Positions 12,975 to 26,193 are shown, counted from the stretch's first letter. The stretch: DNA of 64,000 nt from Octopus vulgaris (GCA_951406725.2 OX597825.1:19654001-19718000), one strand, 5' to 3'. Notes: generated by a model not told the origin, from the sequence alone. Made by a program: numbers and translations.

Positions 12975-13390
12975 AAGGCGGTGAGCTGGCAGAAACGTTA
13001 GCACGCCGGGCGAAATGCTTAGCGGTATTTCGTCTATCGTTACGTTCCGAGTTCAAATTCCGCCGAGGTCGACTTTGCTTTTCATCCTTTCGGGGGTCGA
13101 TAAATTGAGTACCAGTTATGCACTGGGGTCGATGTAATCGACTTAATCCCTTTGTCTGTCCTTGTTTGTCCCTCTGTGTTTAGCCCCTTATGGGTAGTAA
13201 AGAAATAGGTATTTCGTCTGCTTTTATGTTCTGAGCTCAAATTCCGCAGAGGTCGACTGTGCCTTTCATCCTCTCGGGGTCGATAATTTAAGTACCAATT
13301 ACGCACTGGGGTCGATGTAATCGACTTAATTCGTTTGTCTGGCCTTGTTTGTCCCCTCTATGTTTAGCCCCTTGTGGGCAATAAAGAAAT
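12975..13390 (+). mobile_element. SINE family B dimer with 14-bp TSD
   Basis: One head, units at 13024 and 13208. AGGTAATATAATGT at 12961-12974 and 13391-13404. Confidence 0.92.
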
Positions 13391-14524
13391 AGGTAATATA
13401 ATGTTTTCTCACTTAGCTTTGTCCGCGGTTACTATTCTAATGAAAAACTACGGTCTCTAATCGAAAGGCAACTCCTGAGCTGAAAATGGTCATTTGTTAT
13501 TTAAGGCATTCAATAATATATTGGAAACCCCCTGTAAGCGGTTTGTGAAAAAAATATATTGCCCTCTGGAATGTATCTCGACGTAATAATCGCTTCTTTA
13601 TGGTTTTCATATAATTATATTTAGAGTAATACTCCTAGCTCCCTACAGGCATATTTCCCTATTCCATCGTTCCTTTTTTAATTTTTTCTTCCTTTAGCAA
13701 TCATTTCGGTTTCCAAACTGATGCATGTACATGCAGGTATATAGTTGCTTGTTTGTATCTCATTTCTGTTCATTACTGACGTTAAATTGGCTGATTCGAT
13801 TGATGGTTGCCCCACATCCGCTGACACCAGTGTTCCAGGAGTTATTACATGCGTGTAGTAGTGCCATTATGTATTTTCTCGTCATTTCTCATGTAAGAAT
13901 TGCTGCTTTTATTGCTGTTAATATTGGGTTTATTGCTGTTATTTAGTTAATTATTAAGAATACATAAAATATCACCGGTTTATTTCCCTTACTTTCAAGG
14001 AATTAATCGGTTACCCCGTCTCATGAGAATCATTTCCTAAAGTCATCACCACAGCCTCGTGAAAATAATTGTATCCGGCAAAGTCAAAAGCAAAACTAAC
14101 AAAATCTCTTCATTGATAGGAGTAACAACATATGTGACAATTAAGTATTCCCCTCTCACTCTTTTAATCTTACTACTCGCAAGAACAATTAATACAGTGG
14201 CAAGGGAGCGGTTAATAGCTGAAACGATTATAAGGTGTGTAAAATATAAACGGCAATGCTAGTTCATATATGAATGGAAATAACTCGAGAAATACACACA
14301 CAGCTTTAACAGGGAGATCATGTATTTCTGCAAAATGTGTTGTCTTCTAACTCAATATAATTGCACTTCTACTAATTTTGGAAAATACGATGCGTTCAGT
14401 TTTGGTTAAACAAATTTTGATTCCAGAAGAATGTACGCTACCAGAAAATGTCAATAAGGCAAACACAAATCGGGCCTTAAAAACAATTAAAGAGAGGAAC
14501 ATTAACGATTTCTTAATTCTATTA

Positions 14525-14643
14525 AATTACTTGTTTATCGTTAACACAGCTTTTCGGCTGATATACCCTCCAGCCTTCATCAAGTGTGTTGGGGAAATTT
14601 GGAATTTAGGTCCTCATTCCGAAGGTATTTTTCGATGTTGTTG

Positions 14644-14680
<37 letters not shown>

Positions 14681-14740
14681 GGTTACTGCCTTGATTCGAA
14701 CTCGGAATCTTGGGATTAGTAGCCCGCACTCTTAACCTCA
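14525..14740 (-). mobile_element. tRNA-headed SINE-like element with (AAT)n linker and hammerhead-like 3' part
   Basis: Minus: GGTTAAGAGTGCGGGCTACTAATCCCAAG..GAGTTCGAATC (tRNA D arm, anticodon arm, B box), then (AAT)n, then ACAC-TTGATGA-A-GGCTG..CAGCC-GAAA-AGCT-GTGT. The 3' part is homologous to 52190-52315. Confidence 0.75.
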
Positions 14741-14747
14741 CTTTTAA

Positions 14748-16745
14748 ATGAACATGCTAACTATATATTAAATTATAAGCTAAGCAGTCTATTTTAAGCA
14801 GTGAATATAACAGTATTGTTTTATATAAGCTAAATATGAATTTATAGAGGTACAAAATTATATTTATTTTATAAATAAAGGCTATAATAAAAAAAATAAA
14901 TAATAAAATAATCGGGTAGAGCAGGGCAACAAAGAAAAGGAATAAAATAGCTTAACCTCTAAAACCATGATAAAGTATGTATACCTTATTAACATCAATA
15001 GAGAACATTTATAGAAAATGTATGATAATTTAAGTATACGAAACAAAAAAATCATATCTTTTCTTATTTAGTTAGTATTAATAAAGACTTGTTAATACTA
15101 GCTAAATAAGTAAAGATACAAAGATGTTTGCAAAAGGGACATGAAGGCCTGCGACATCAATATTAGCAACTGGGAAGCAGTTGCCAGCAACCGTGGAGAT
15201 TGGCGACATACCAAGGGAACACAAATGAATGACTGAAGGAGAGAGGAGATATGGAAAAACAAGAAAAAACGTCAACAAAAAACTATGACATTACAGCCAG
15301 CCAGGCAAAGTCTTCGCTACATTTGCGGCACCTGCCAGAGGGAGAGTTTATCCAGGATAGGACTACACAGCCACAACAGGAGATGTATTAGGACATGAAA
15401 TGTAAAAGCTGAACTAGATTATTTTATGCGCAACTCCATTGTCTCCCGAGACAAAAAGGATGCCAACAATAAAGACTTATACCTGGTATCAGCTAAAAGA
15501 ATATTGGTGTTATAGGACATTCTAATTTTATACTAATTTTAAAACTAAGAAGTATATTATAGGTTTTAGAAGTTATTATTGTTACTTCGTACATGATATT
15601 TATAGTCTCTTAGGGGTACTTAATTAGAAGGGTTACTTATATAAAGGTCCTTATAAATACTAAGATCAGGAGGGTAGAGCACTTTAAGAAAAGGGATAAA
15701 TCAAGTAATTTCTAAAGACCTTTTCAAACAATATTGCCATATTTTATGAAGTTAAAATTTAGAGCTGTCAAGAAGATTATAAGAATGATATTATAACAAA
15801 ATGATAACGTTTTTTCGAATACTTTTGAGTATATACCAAATTTTACCACAATAGAAGAAGGAAAAGAAATTACATAGAAGTAATTTAATATTTATACAAA
15901 TTATTATCTAAATATTAACTTAGATGGTATCTATGGATATTGATCAATTGGATTTACTGATATTTAATAAAGGAGTACTGTGACTAAAGAACATGTTAAC
16001 TGTATAATAATTAAATTAAAGTATTTTAAGTTGTAGGGATACCGGTATTGTTTTATATAAGCTAAGTATGAATTTATAGGGGTAAAAATTGGATTTATTA
16101 AAGGTTTATAAAATATTAACATGATCAGGTAGGGTGGAGCATCATAGAAAAAGATTAAAGATAGCCTAATTAATAAAAACCATAATAAAGTATATGTACC
16201 TTATTAACATCAATAGAGAAGATTTATAGAAACTATAATAATTTAAGTATTAAGAACTAAAAGTTGTTTATTAACTTATTTAGTTTATTTCAATCGAGAC
16301 TGATACCCGGTATTAAAATATTGATGTTATAGGACATGCTAATTATATACTAATTTTAAATTAAAAGGTATAATATAGGTTTTAAAATTTATCAGTGTTA
16401 ATCCGTACATGATATTACAGTTTCTTAGGGGTACTTAATTGGAAGGGCTACTTATATAAAGGCCAATATAATTCTAAGATCAGGAGGGTAGAAAGGGATA
16501 AATAAAGTAATTACTAAAACTATTAAAAACAATATAGCCATATTGTATAAAGTTAAATTTTAGGGTTATCAAGATTTAGCATTGAGGCGAAAGAACAAAT
16601 TAACTATATATTTATTTAATTATAATCTAAGCAATTTAATTTTAAGTTGTCAAGATACCCATATTGTTTTATCTATAAGCTAAGTATGAATTCATAAAGG
16701 TACAAAATTTTGGTTTATCTAAAGGCAGTTAGAAGCATTAAAAAG
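14748..16745. repeat. Diverged AT-rich tandem duplication (~2.2 copies of a ~600-850-bp unit)
   Basis: The marker TATTGTTTTAT..ATAAGCTAA.TATGAATT recurs at ~14814, ~16046 and ~16662, and long colinear matches continue through the units. Confidence 0.85.
15091..15467 (+). mobile_element. 5'-truncated RTE-clade LINE 3' end with 11-bp TSD
   Basis: Translates RYKDVCKRDMKACDINISNWEAVASNRGDWRH ... YICGTCQRESLSRIGLHSHNRRC (RTE C-terminal zinc-finger region). 3' stem-loop TGTCTCCCGAGACA. TSD AATAAAGACTT at 15080-15090 and 15468-15478. The empty site is visible in the second tandem copy at ~16290. Confidence 0.9.
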
Positions 16746-16760
16746 TAATTAAAAAATACG

Positions 16761-16793
<33 letters not shown>

Positions 16794-16949
16794 GTATGTA
16801 TAAAGGATTAAAATAAATCCTCTACCTTTTCTTTAACTGCCAATCAATCTCACCACAATCATTCCCTGCATCCTAACCCTAAAAACCTCTATAAATATAA
16901 GCCTTAATAGAATTTAACATTGTTCTCACGACAATAGAATGAATATTAT

Positions 16950-17480
16950 TCCCGTTCTTCTCTGAAATCAACATGGCTTTTGCACTTAGCAGATCGACAT
17001 TTCCACAGCCCCATGGCATTATAAACATCATAGAAGAGCTCAAAATCTCCAAGGAAATGGCATCAATTGTATTATATGGATTTCTTCAAGGTATTGATAG
17101 TGTCAACAGTCTATATTATGTACCTTATTAAACTACGGTATTGTGGATCATATGCTCAAAGCCAACAGCAACATGTATGTAAATCCAACAGGCCTTTTGC
17201 AAACTCAGATGATAAATCTAAAAAATTTCCAAAAACAGTAGGAATCCTGTTCGGAGAGTTTCTACATCGGTTTCTCTTTTAACTGTAAATGATTATATCT
17301 CTAGGATAATTAATTAATTAATTAATTACATCCAAAACAAAGAAAATAAGCAATGAAAACGTCGGGAGAATCTGTATCACTCTGACCTTGATTTTGCTGA
17401 CAATTTGCCATTACACATCTCATCAAGTCCATGATAAGCAATCGAAAACTGTGGATATTAATATGAAATTACAAGGTTTA
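16950..17480 (+). pseudogene. Decayed LINE reverse transcriptase fragment (RTE-like)
   Basis: Frameshifted pieces QHGFCT / RSTFPQP / IIEELKISKEMASIV / MDFFKV / DSVN match the QxGFRxxRST...DFxKAFDSV RT motifs. SDLDFADNL at ~17381 matches the DLDFADD catalytic motif. Confidence 0.7.
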
Positions 17481-17689
17481 TGTAACGAGATGTGGTGATG
17501 TCCTCAGAAAAGCGCCGAAAAAAAGGGATTGTGTTCCTCATCTTGAGGCCCGTCACTCTCCTAACGGTAACTTGAATATTTTTAACTAAGTTATTATTAG
17601 CCAACAAGTAGGTGGTTGTGACACATAATTTGCTAGGTGATGTATAGAATTCGTGACATACTCCACTTCATAGAATGTTGCGGTAAAAT

Positions 17690-18090
17690 ATCTAGAAAAG
17701 CCGGGACCCTGACAATGCAGGTGATCTGAAAACTTCCGACGGATTGGTCATCCATCCCGGTAAATTATACATCAACTCTCTTGTTTCAATGATGCTCCAT
17801 AACTGAAAATGTTTGATGATTTCAAACATATTGGATCCTATACAGGTTACAGTAAGAACGTGTTCTTGACACACAAAGGATAATTCGCAATCAAATATTT
17901 TAAATTCAACCGAGACTGACTTTCGCCATGGTATATGTAGAAAGCATTTCTTTCTAAGGATTTGGAAGATATTGAATATGAACATGACCCTTAAAAATGA
18001 TCTCGACGTTGGTTACGTTAACCTTGTCATGAGAATTCAAAAGAATCGTGAGCACAAGACCAACTAGAAGATTTGTGGACATCTTTGGAG
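17690..18090 (+). pseudogene. Possible highly decayed CR1/Jockey-like RT fragment
   Basis: KPGP at ~17698 (SPGPD-like) and DFRHGICRKH...DLDVGYVNL (QHGFR...DVIYLDF-like). Weak. Confidence 0.3.
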
Positions 18091-18136
18091 ATTTGTGGAA
18101 ATAACCACACAAACAACCTCACACAGTCATAATGAT

Positions 18137-18189
<53 letters not shown>

Positions 18190-18525
18190 GTATATATACA
18201 TACCAGTGTGCGTGTATTTGTGCGGGTATGTATGTATATATATATATATATACGTATGTATGTATGCATGTATAAAACTTATAATTGAATATGGAATGAG
18301 CAGGCTTAATTACAAATCACGACAAATCTTTCTGTTGAAAGTTAACAGCTGTTGCTTGCTGAGTTTTCCATATTAGACTCTTACATAAATTATTTTACAA
18401 ATAATTATGTAAGTATGATCCAGAAGTAATATGTATATATGTAGTTATATGTATACATAAGCTGATAGCTAGATACACACAAACACACACACACATATTT
18501 AGACATACCTATCTCTCTCTCTCTC

Positions 18526-18564
<39 letters not shown>

Positions 18565-19240
18565 GGAGTGAGTGAGTGAGTAAGTGAAAGACAGATAGAC
18601 AGACAGACAGAGACATACAGAGAGAAAGAGAGATACTTAGATAGAAAGGAGATAACAGCAGTTTAGTATATAGTTATATTATATTTCTTCCCCTCGAATG
18701 ATTAGAATAGCAATTTTGAAAATATGTCTACGAAATACTGAACAGATTTCTAATACATTTTATATTTATATTCATATTACTTTGCTTATAGTTTTCAATT
18801 CACTTGTGTCTTTTGTTATTTTGAACTGTTTGCTTTATTTACCGTACACAAATGTAGACACACAGCCGACTTGTGTATAAAATTGTAACAGCAAATATCG
18901 CTGTAATATTTTCAAGTGTTTTATTATTCAGCTCATTTTAGTCATTAGATTGCGGCCAAATTCTAACACAGTGTTATTCTAGAAGACAGTGCCCCCCTAA
19001 CGTTCCGCGGAGTAATTTTTAACTGAGTGCCACGTGATTTCAAATCAAACTAATACCAATAAAATAACTCAGAATGTTTGATCTAATTAATTTTTTTCCA
19101 AGAAAATCCGTTACATATATCTTCATATATATATATATATATACTTTATTAAAAAGTAGCAAAAATATCGCAAAAACAGTCACACAGTTTCACATTCCCG
19201 TTCGTCGGACATTTTTGTTTAGAATATAAATATCTTTTAA

Positions 19241-19284
<44 letters not shown>

Positions 19285-19630
19285 CTTCGAAACACGCTGG
19301 AGTTGAACTAGGGACAGCTGATGAAGGGGTTTTTTCCTTGTGTAGTTTGTATAGTACTCTGTTTTTTCTTTGTAAAAAAAGGTTCGTTCCATGCTTGTTT
19401 TTACGTTTTCGTTCTCGTTGAGTTCTGCGTCTATTTGTGGTGTCCTGTACTCACGTATATATATTTATATATACATGTATATATACATGTAGATGTAGGT
19501 ACGTATATATATGTATGTATGTATGCATATATTTTATTTATTACACTATTGTATGACTGAGCGCCTTCGCGTCGATTCGATTCGATTCGTTCCGTTTCGT
19601 TTCGTTTCTTCTTCTTCTCCCAGTACAGTT

Positions 19631-19687
<57 letters not shown>

Positions 19688-19691
19688 TCAA

Positions 19692-20080
19692 TTGCTTCAA
19701 TCATTAGACTGTGGCCATATTAAAGCATCTCCTTGAAAAGCTTTAGTAGAAAGAATCGAAACCAATATTTATTATTTTAAAGCCTGTTACGATCCGCTTA
19801 GTTGCGAAGATGAAACAAACAACACCGGTTGTCACACAGTGGTGCAGATCAAATATAGACACCAAGACGCAGATACACGCACACACACGCACATACGTAC
19901 ACACATACATATATATATATACACACGACAGAATTTTCTCAGTTTCCGTCTACGAAATCCACCACAAGGTTACACAAGTTTACCACGGCTGCAGTAGAAT
20001 ACACACACCTGAGTTATCACGCCGTCGGACTGAACCCGGAAGTATGGGACTGGGAAGAAAACTTCTTACCACACAGCCAC
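19692..20080 (-). mobile_element. Decayed SINE family A
   Basis: Homologous to family A (TCATTAGACTGTGGCCAT ... CTTCTTACCACACAGCCAC). Confidence 0.8.
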
Positions 20081-20176
20081 ACAAGAAAGCAACACCCACC
20101 ACCACCACCATCACCACCACCTCCAAGAGCTTCGTTTACACGTATTACAACTTATTTCGATGTATTTCTCAACAGA

Positions 20177-20343
20177 CAGGAGTGGCTGTGTGGTAAGTAG
20201 CTTGCTTACCAACCACATGGTTCCGGATTCAGTCCCACTGCGTGGCACCTTGGAGAAGTGTCTTCTGCTATAGCCCCGGGTCGACTAATACCTTGTGAGT
20301 GGATTTGGTAGACGGAAACTGAAAGGAGCCTGTCATATATATG

Positions 20344-20374
<31 letters not shown>

Positions 20375-20585
20375 ATATGTTTGTGTGTGTGTTTGTCTCC
20401 CTAGCATTGTTTGACAACCGATGCTGGTGTGTTTGCGTCCCCGTCACTTAGCGGTTCGGCAAAAGGGACCGATAGAATAAGTACTGGGCTTACAAAGAAT
20501 AAGTTCCGGGGTCGATTTGCTCGACTAAAGGCGGTGCTCCAGCATGGCCGCAGTCAAATGACTGAAACAAGTAAGAGAAAGAAGG
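20177..20585 (+). mobile_element. SINE family A
   Basis: CAGGAGTGGCTGTGTGGTAAGTAGC head, internal (TA/TG)n, 3' GCATGGCCGCAGTCAAATGACTGAAACAAGT. Confidence 0.9.
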
Positions 20586-21484
20586 AAAGACAACTGAGAT
20601 ATCATGGTTGAATTATTTTAAATATCAGATAACATTCTAAGTTGAAATTCATTGAATCTGGTTCTGTTGTACTGACTTTAGTATCAAAAACAAGCTAACT
20701 GAAATCTGGCATAAATCTTAACACTCCTGTTCTTTTGTTCGGTAGTGTGGGCACAATTTTATCTGTGTAATTAAAAAAATATATTTTGAACAAATTACTC
20801 TAACATTGTTTGAAGTACATTTTTTTTTCAGCCACCTTATATATTTCTGTTTTTGTGCTTTTATTATTTTATTCTATCTTATTATTATTATTATTATCAT
20901 TTTTTTTTTTTGTCCTGTTGACTCATCATTAACAGTCAGTTCCATATAAAATATTGATAAGTGTATTTTTTCCCCTTCTATTTGGCTTTGAAAAGCTTTA
21001 TCAAATGTGTTAATGGTAACAGCTTGGGAACATGAAGCACGTGATTCAGAGTAAACCTGATTTACTAAAAATTTCCAACAGAGCTGCCTATAACTAATGC
21101 ATGTGTAACACATTTAGATTTGGTAGTTTTATTGGATTAGAGGTAGTACCCAAACAAATATTCCTCAGAGCTTTGACGTTTAACTTAATAAAGATTCTTG
21201 TAAAACATATAAAGCACATCTAATGTGATACATGTGTATGTATGTGAGTGTGCGTGTGTGTATGTGCGTCTGTGTCAGTGTTTGTCTGTGTATCTGTGTG
21301 TGTATTAGAGTCCATATATATATATGTATGTATATATGTGTGTGTGCATGTATGTATGTGTATGTAAGTATATATGTGTGTGTGCATGTATGTATGTGTA
21401 TGTAAGTATATATGTATGTATGTATGTATCTGTGTAATTTCGGTGGTGGGAATTGTCCTATATTTTAATTGTGTATGTATATAC

Positions 21485-21532
<48 letters not shown>

Positions 21533-21567
21533 ATGTGTGTGTGTGTGCGTGTGTATGTGTGCATGTA

Positions 21568-21599
<32 letters not shown>

Positions 21600-22189
21600 A
21601 ATGCCTATGTATGTGTGAGAGGGGACGTACAATTAGCTTGTGGTTATGTCGATAGATTTCCAGGCTATGAGAATAATGGGCATGTTACTACTCGATGCTT
21701 TCAGCGGATGGTTTCGCTTAGCAGCAGATAGATACATAGTACCCTGCTGGGTATGTTTGACCAGTGTAAACAGCAGAAGCATTAAAGAGAACTGCATGTG
21801 CATGCACTGCTATGCACAAACCTTTACAAAAGATACACTTTCATTATTTTCATACGCTATCATATATGGACTATTTATACAACCCATAATGATATTCCAG
21901 TTATATTATATGGACCTCAGTTATGAGGTTTCATCAGTTTATATACTATGCTTGTATATTGTCCTTTGCTTAAGTAAACGAATGTGAAAAGGCAAGAGTA
22001 AAACTAATGCGTATTTTTAAAGCTTTATCGCACTGTTGTTTATTGTTATCGAATGGGTTACCATACTTATCACATAAGAAAATGAATCCCTTGTTATTGC
22101 TAGGGAGTTTTGATTTTGCATACTCATAAAATATTTCATACGCAAGAAAATAGGGGAGTGTAGTCAGGCATGACTGTATGATAAAGATC

Positions 22190-22460
22190 ACTGTACAATC
22201 TCGTAGTTTGGGTCGAGTCCCACTTCGTTGGACCTTTGGTAAGAGCCTTCTGCTTTGGCTTTAGACCGTCCAATGCCTTGCGAGCGAATGAGGTAGCCGG
22301 AAATACCATGAAAACTGGTCATACTGCTGGCAACCGGTGTTGGATTGTTTAAATCTTCGTGGATTATCGATTTGGCGAAAGACAACGGTTGGAATAAATA
22401 GCAAACTTTAAAAAAGAAGTACAGTACGACTAACACACTTTAAGATGGTGCTCCAGTGAA
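22190..22460 (+). mobile_element. Old, decayed SINE family A
   Basis: GGGTCGAGTCCCACTTCGTTGGACCTTTGGTAAG..., GATGGTGCTCCAG. Confidence 0.6.
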
Positions 22461-22849
22461 TAAAACAAATGAATTTTAAAAGAGAATATAAACAATAAAT
22501 GAAATCTGCATTCTGCAAACGTAATTCGACATTGAATATCTTAATTATTTTGACATTAAGAATTATGTAGCACACCCCTCATTAATGTATATTATCTATG
22601 CCAAAGTGGAACAGAGAATTCTGCCATCTCTAGGATAAGAACAAAACTGATTGTTTCAGTTTAATGACGTCCATACTGATTTCAATGGAGTCTATATATA
22701 TTTTGGTAGGTCTTGGAATTTGTAAGTCAGATTTCACTAATCATCGCACATTGTTTCTTCCTTGAAGGTCAGACTGCATTAGTGTATCTCACTTTGGTAT
22801 GAGACAAATACGTATTCTGTGTAAAATGTGTTTTTTTAATATAACATAA

Positions 22850-23912
22850 TGCGGCAAGCTGGCGAAATGGGGCAAAACACTTCACGGCATTTCGTCTGTC
22901 TTAATGCTCTCAGTTCGATTTGCACCGTGGGTCGACATTGCCTATTATCCTTTCGAGAAACAGGAAATAAGTACCAGTTGAACACTGGGGTCGATGCATT
23001 CGACTTACTCCTTCCCCCGAAATTGCTGGCCTTGTCTGAAAATGTGAAACGAATAAAACATAACACTACAAAGCAGTGAGCTGGTAGAATCGTTAACACA
23101 CCGGGTGAAATCCTTAACAGCATTTCATCTGTCTTTGCGTTCTAAATTCATATTCCACTGAGGTTGATCTTACCTTTCATCGCTTTGGGGGTCTATGAAA
23201 TAAATAGTAATTGAGTACTTGAGTTTATGTAGTCGACTTACCATCTCTTCCGAAACGGCTGGCTTTGTGCCAAAGTTTGAAAGCAATGTGACATAATATT
23301 TTAAAGCGGTGAGCTGGCAGAATCGTTAGCACACTGGGCAAAATGTTTAGCGGTTTTTCGTCGGTTTTTAGATTTTGAGTTCGAATTCTGCCTAAGTCGA
23401 CTCTACCATTTATCCTTTCGGGATGGATAAAATAAATACCAGTTGAGCACTGGAGGTCGATATAATCGTGTATCACACTCCCCTCGAAAGTGCTGCCCTA
23501 GTGTCAAACGTTGAAACCAATGTGACATAACTCTAAAAGGTGGCGGTGATGCAGAGCTTTGAGCACGGCAAATAAAATGTTTATCGGTATTTCGTCCGTC
23601 TTTACGTTCTAAGTTCGAATTCCGCCGAGGTAGTTGTTGCTTTTCATCAGTTCCAGGTCAAAACGATATGTACGAGTCAAATACTGGGATCGATGTAATC
23701 GGGACATTGTCTTCCCTCCAAAAACTGTTGACCCCCGTGCAAATGTTGTAAGCCAATATGACATAACCTTAATAAACTGGCAGATTTGTTTGCTCGTCCT
23801 AAAATTGCTTAGCATTATTCCTTTCGGATTTTCGTTCAAATTACGCCGAGGTCGACTTTGCCTTTCATCCTTTCAGGGTCGAAAAAATTAAGTACCAGTT
23901 AAACATTTGGGT
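22850..23912 (+). mobile_element. Tandem run of five old full-length SINE family B copies (~230-bp period)
   Basis: Heads at ~22850, 23070, 23305, 23540 and 23775, each followed by a B box and core. A shared linker AAT(A/G)T(G/A)ACATAA precedes each head. Confidence 0.8.
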
Positions 23913-24534
23913 CCATACTTTTCTTCAAGATGGAAGAGACCCATAAATCCAACGATGCAAAGAAAAACTAAATCGAATATACTGTGAAAATGTCTAATGC
24001 AATATATATTTCAGCTCAAACAAAAGCGTCAAATATATACTTTCATTGAAAACTAACACAAATAGCATACGTTAGCATTGGATATCAATCATGGAAATGG
24101 GTTCATGATGTTATATTTATTATTCGAGCTGATTTATAGAATATTCAATTCGAACTGAATATTTCACTATTAATTATTTTAAGACCGAAAACAAAAAGAC
24201 AAGAACAAAAGTCTCTTGAAAGAATAGTATTAATTGCTAAATGATAACGTATCCATAGATTTATATATTTTGAAATTTAATATTTATAAATTGCAGTGTT
24301 AATAATACGAATCTGTACATGTAGTTTGAAAGTTCTATGTAATCAAATTAAACAGTTAAAAATTAAATGTATTCCGATTCTATGCTTATAAAGCTTGTTT
24401 GCATTGTATTTCTCGCCTATGAAATAATTAATCAATCTTTAGAAAATTAATATTGACACTGTACTATAGCACAGCCTTTTCAATATTCTTTCAGTTCGAA
24501 AAATCTTCTTTGTGCATTAACCCTTTCCGAACGT

Positions 24535-24735
<201 letters not shown>

Positions 24736-25123
24736 ATTCAGAAACAGATTTCCAAAAAGCTGAGACAATTATAATTAAGATTCAGCAATTTATTCAGTAT
24801 TATAAACAACAAAAAAGAACAACAATACTAACAATAATTACACACAGACACTACCGCCAACTCAACCACCATCACTATCAGCGACTACATTATTCAGCAT
24901 TAGCTATGGAAACAATAAAAACAATAAAAATGACAACTCACGAACAATTAGTCAATATATATCAGAAGGAAATGAGAAACAAAAAGGAACAATGCAATAT
25001 ATATTTGAATATAAAATTTGTATCCATAACAATAATTCATTTATTCAAACAGGGAGCAATTGTATATTTAAGCATATTACTGATAAAACGATAAAAAAAT
25101 AAATACATACAATATTAATCAAT

Positions 25124-25352
<229 letters not shown>

Positions 25353-25624
25353 GGGGAGTGAAACTCACATAAAATCATTTATTTAATCAAATATATGATT
25401 GGAGTCCATAGATATATAGATACAGGTATAATATAAGCATATATGCATATATATATATAATATATGATATAATATAAATTACATATTTTATATATTTGTG
25501 TGTGCATGTGTGTGTGTGTGTGTGTGTGTATACGTATCTGTATCACTCAATTATGTATGTGAGTGTGTGCTGTAATACGTATATATTTATAAGTGCTTGC
25601 GTATATGTATGTCCATGTGCAGAG

Positions 25625-25655
<31 letters not shown>

Positions 25656-25914
25656 CAGCGACAGAGTAAGAAGAGAGAACTAGACAGAGAGGAAGAAAGA
25701 AAGAGAGAAAGGACAGATGCACTTACATCACTGTATCTTACATATACGCCAAGGTGTCTATATAAATATTGTTTGATAGCAAATTTATACTAAATGCAAA
25801 ATAAACAATAGAAATAATTCTTTGTTTTCCTTCCTGGGAAAAAATGTTTGCATGTAAGAGGATATAATTCATACCAGTATAACATTCCCCATCCCTCAAT
25901 TCAATTTTATTTAT

Positions 25915-25960
<46 letters not shown>

Positions 25961-25982
25961 CACACATGTATATATACATATG

Positions 25983-26018
<36 letters not shown>

Positions 26019-26193
26019 GGTATATATATATGTACACACACACATACACACACATACACACACAGACACACACATATATATATACACACATATATATATA
26101 TGTGCATACATACACACATATATGAAAGCACACATAGATACATGTACAAATATACGTTCATATCCATATGCATATATACATATGTATAAAGTA

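Noticed and set aside
14748-16745. Mitochondrial insertion (NUMT)
   Set aside because: I recognised no mitochondrial gene, rRNA or tRNA, and the frames I tried contain TAA/TAG stops. Not excluded without BLAST.
21640-21987. 115-aa hydrophobic ORF
   Set aside because: Non-ATG start, no recognisable motif and no splice support.
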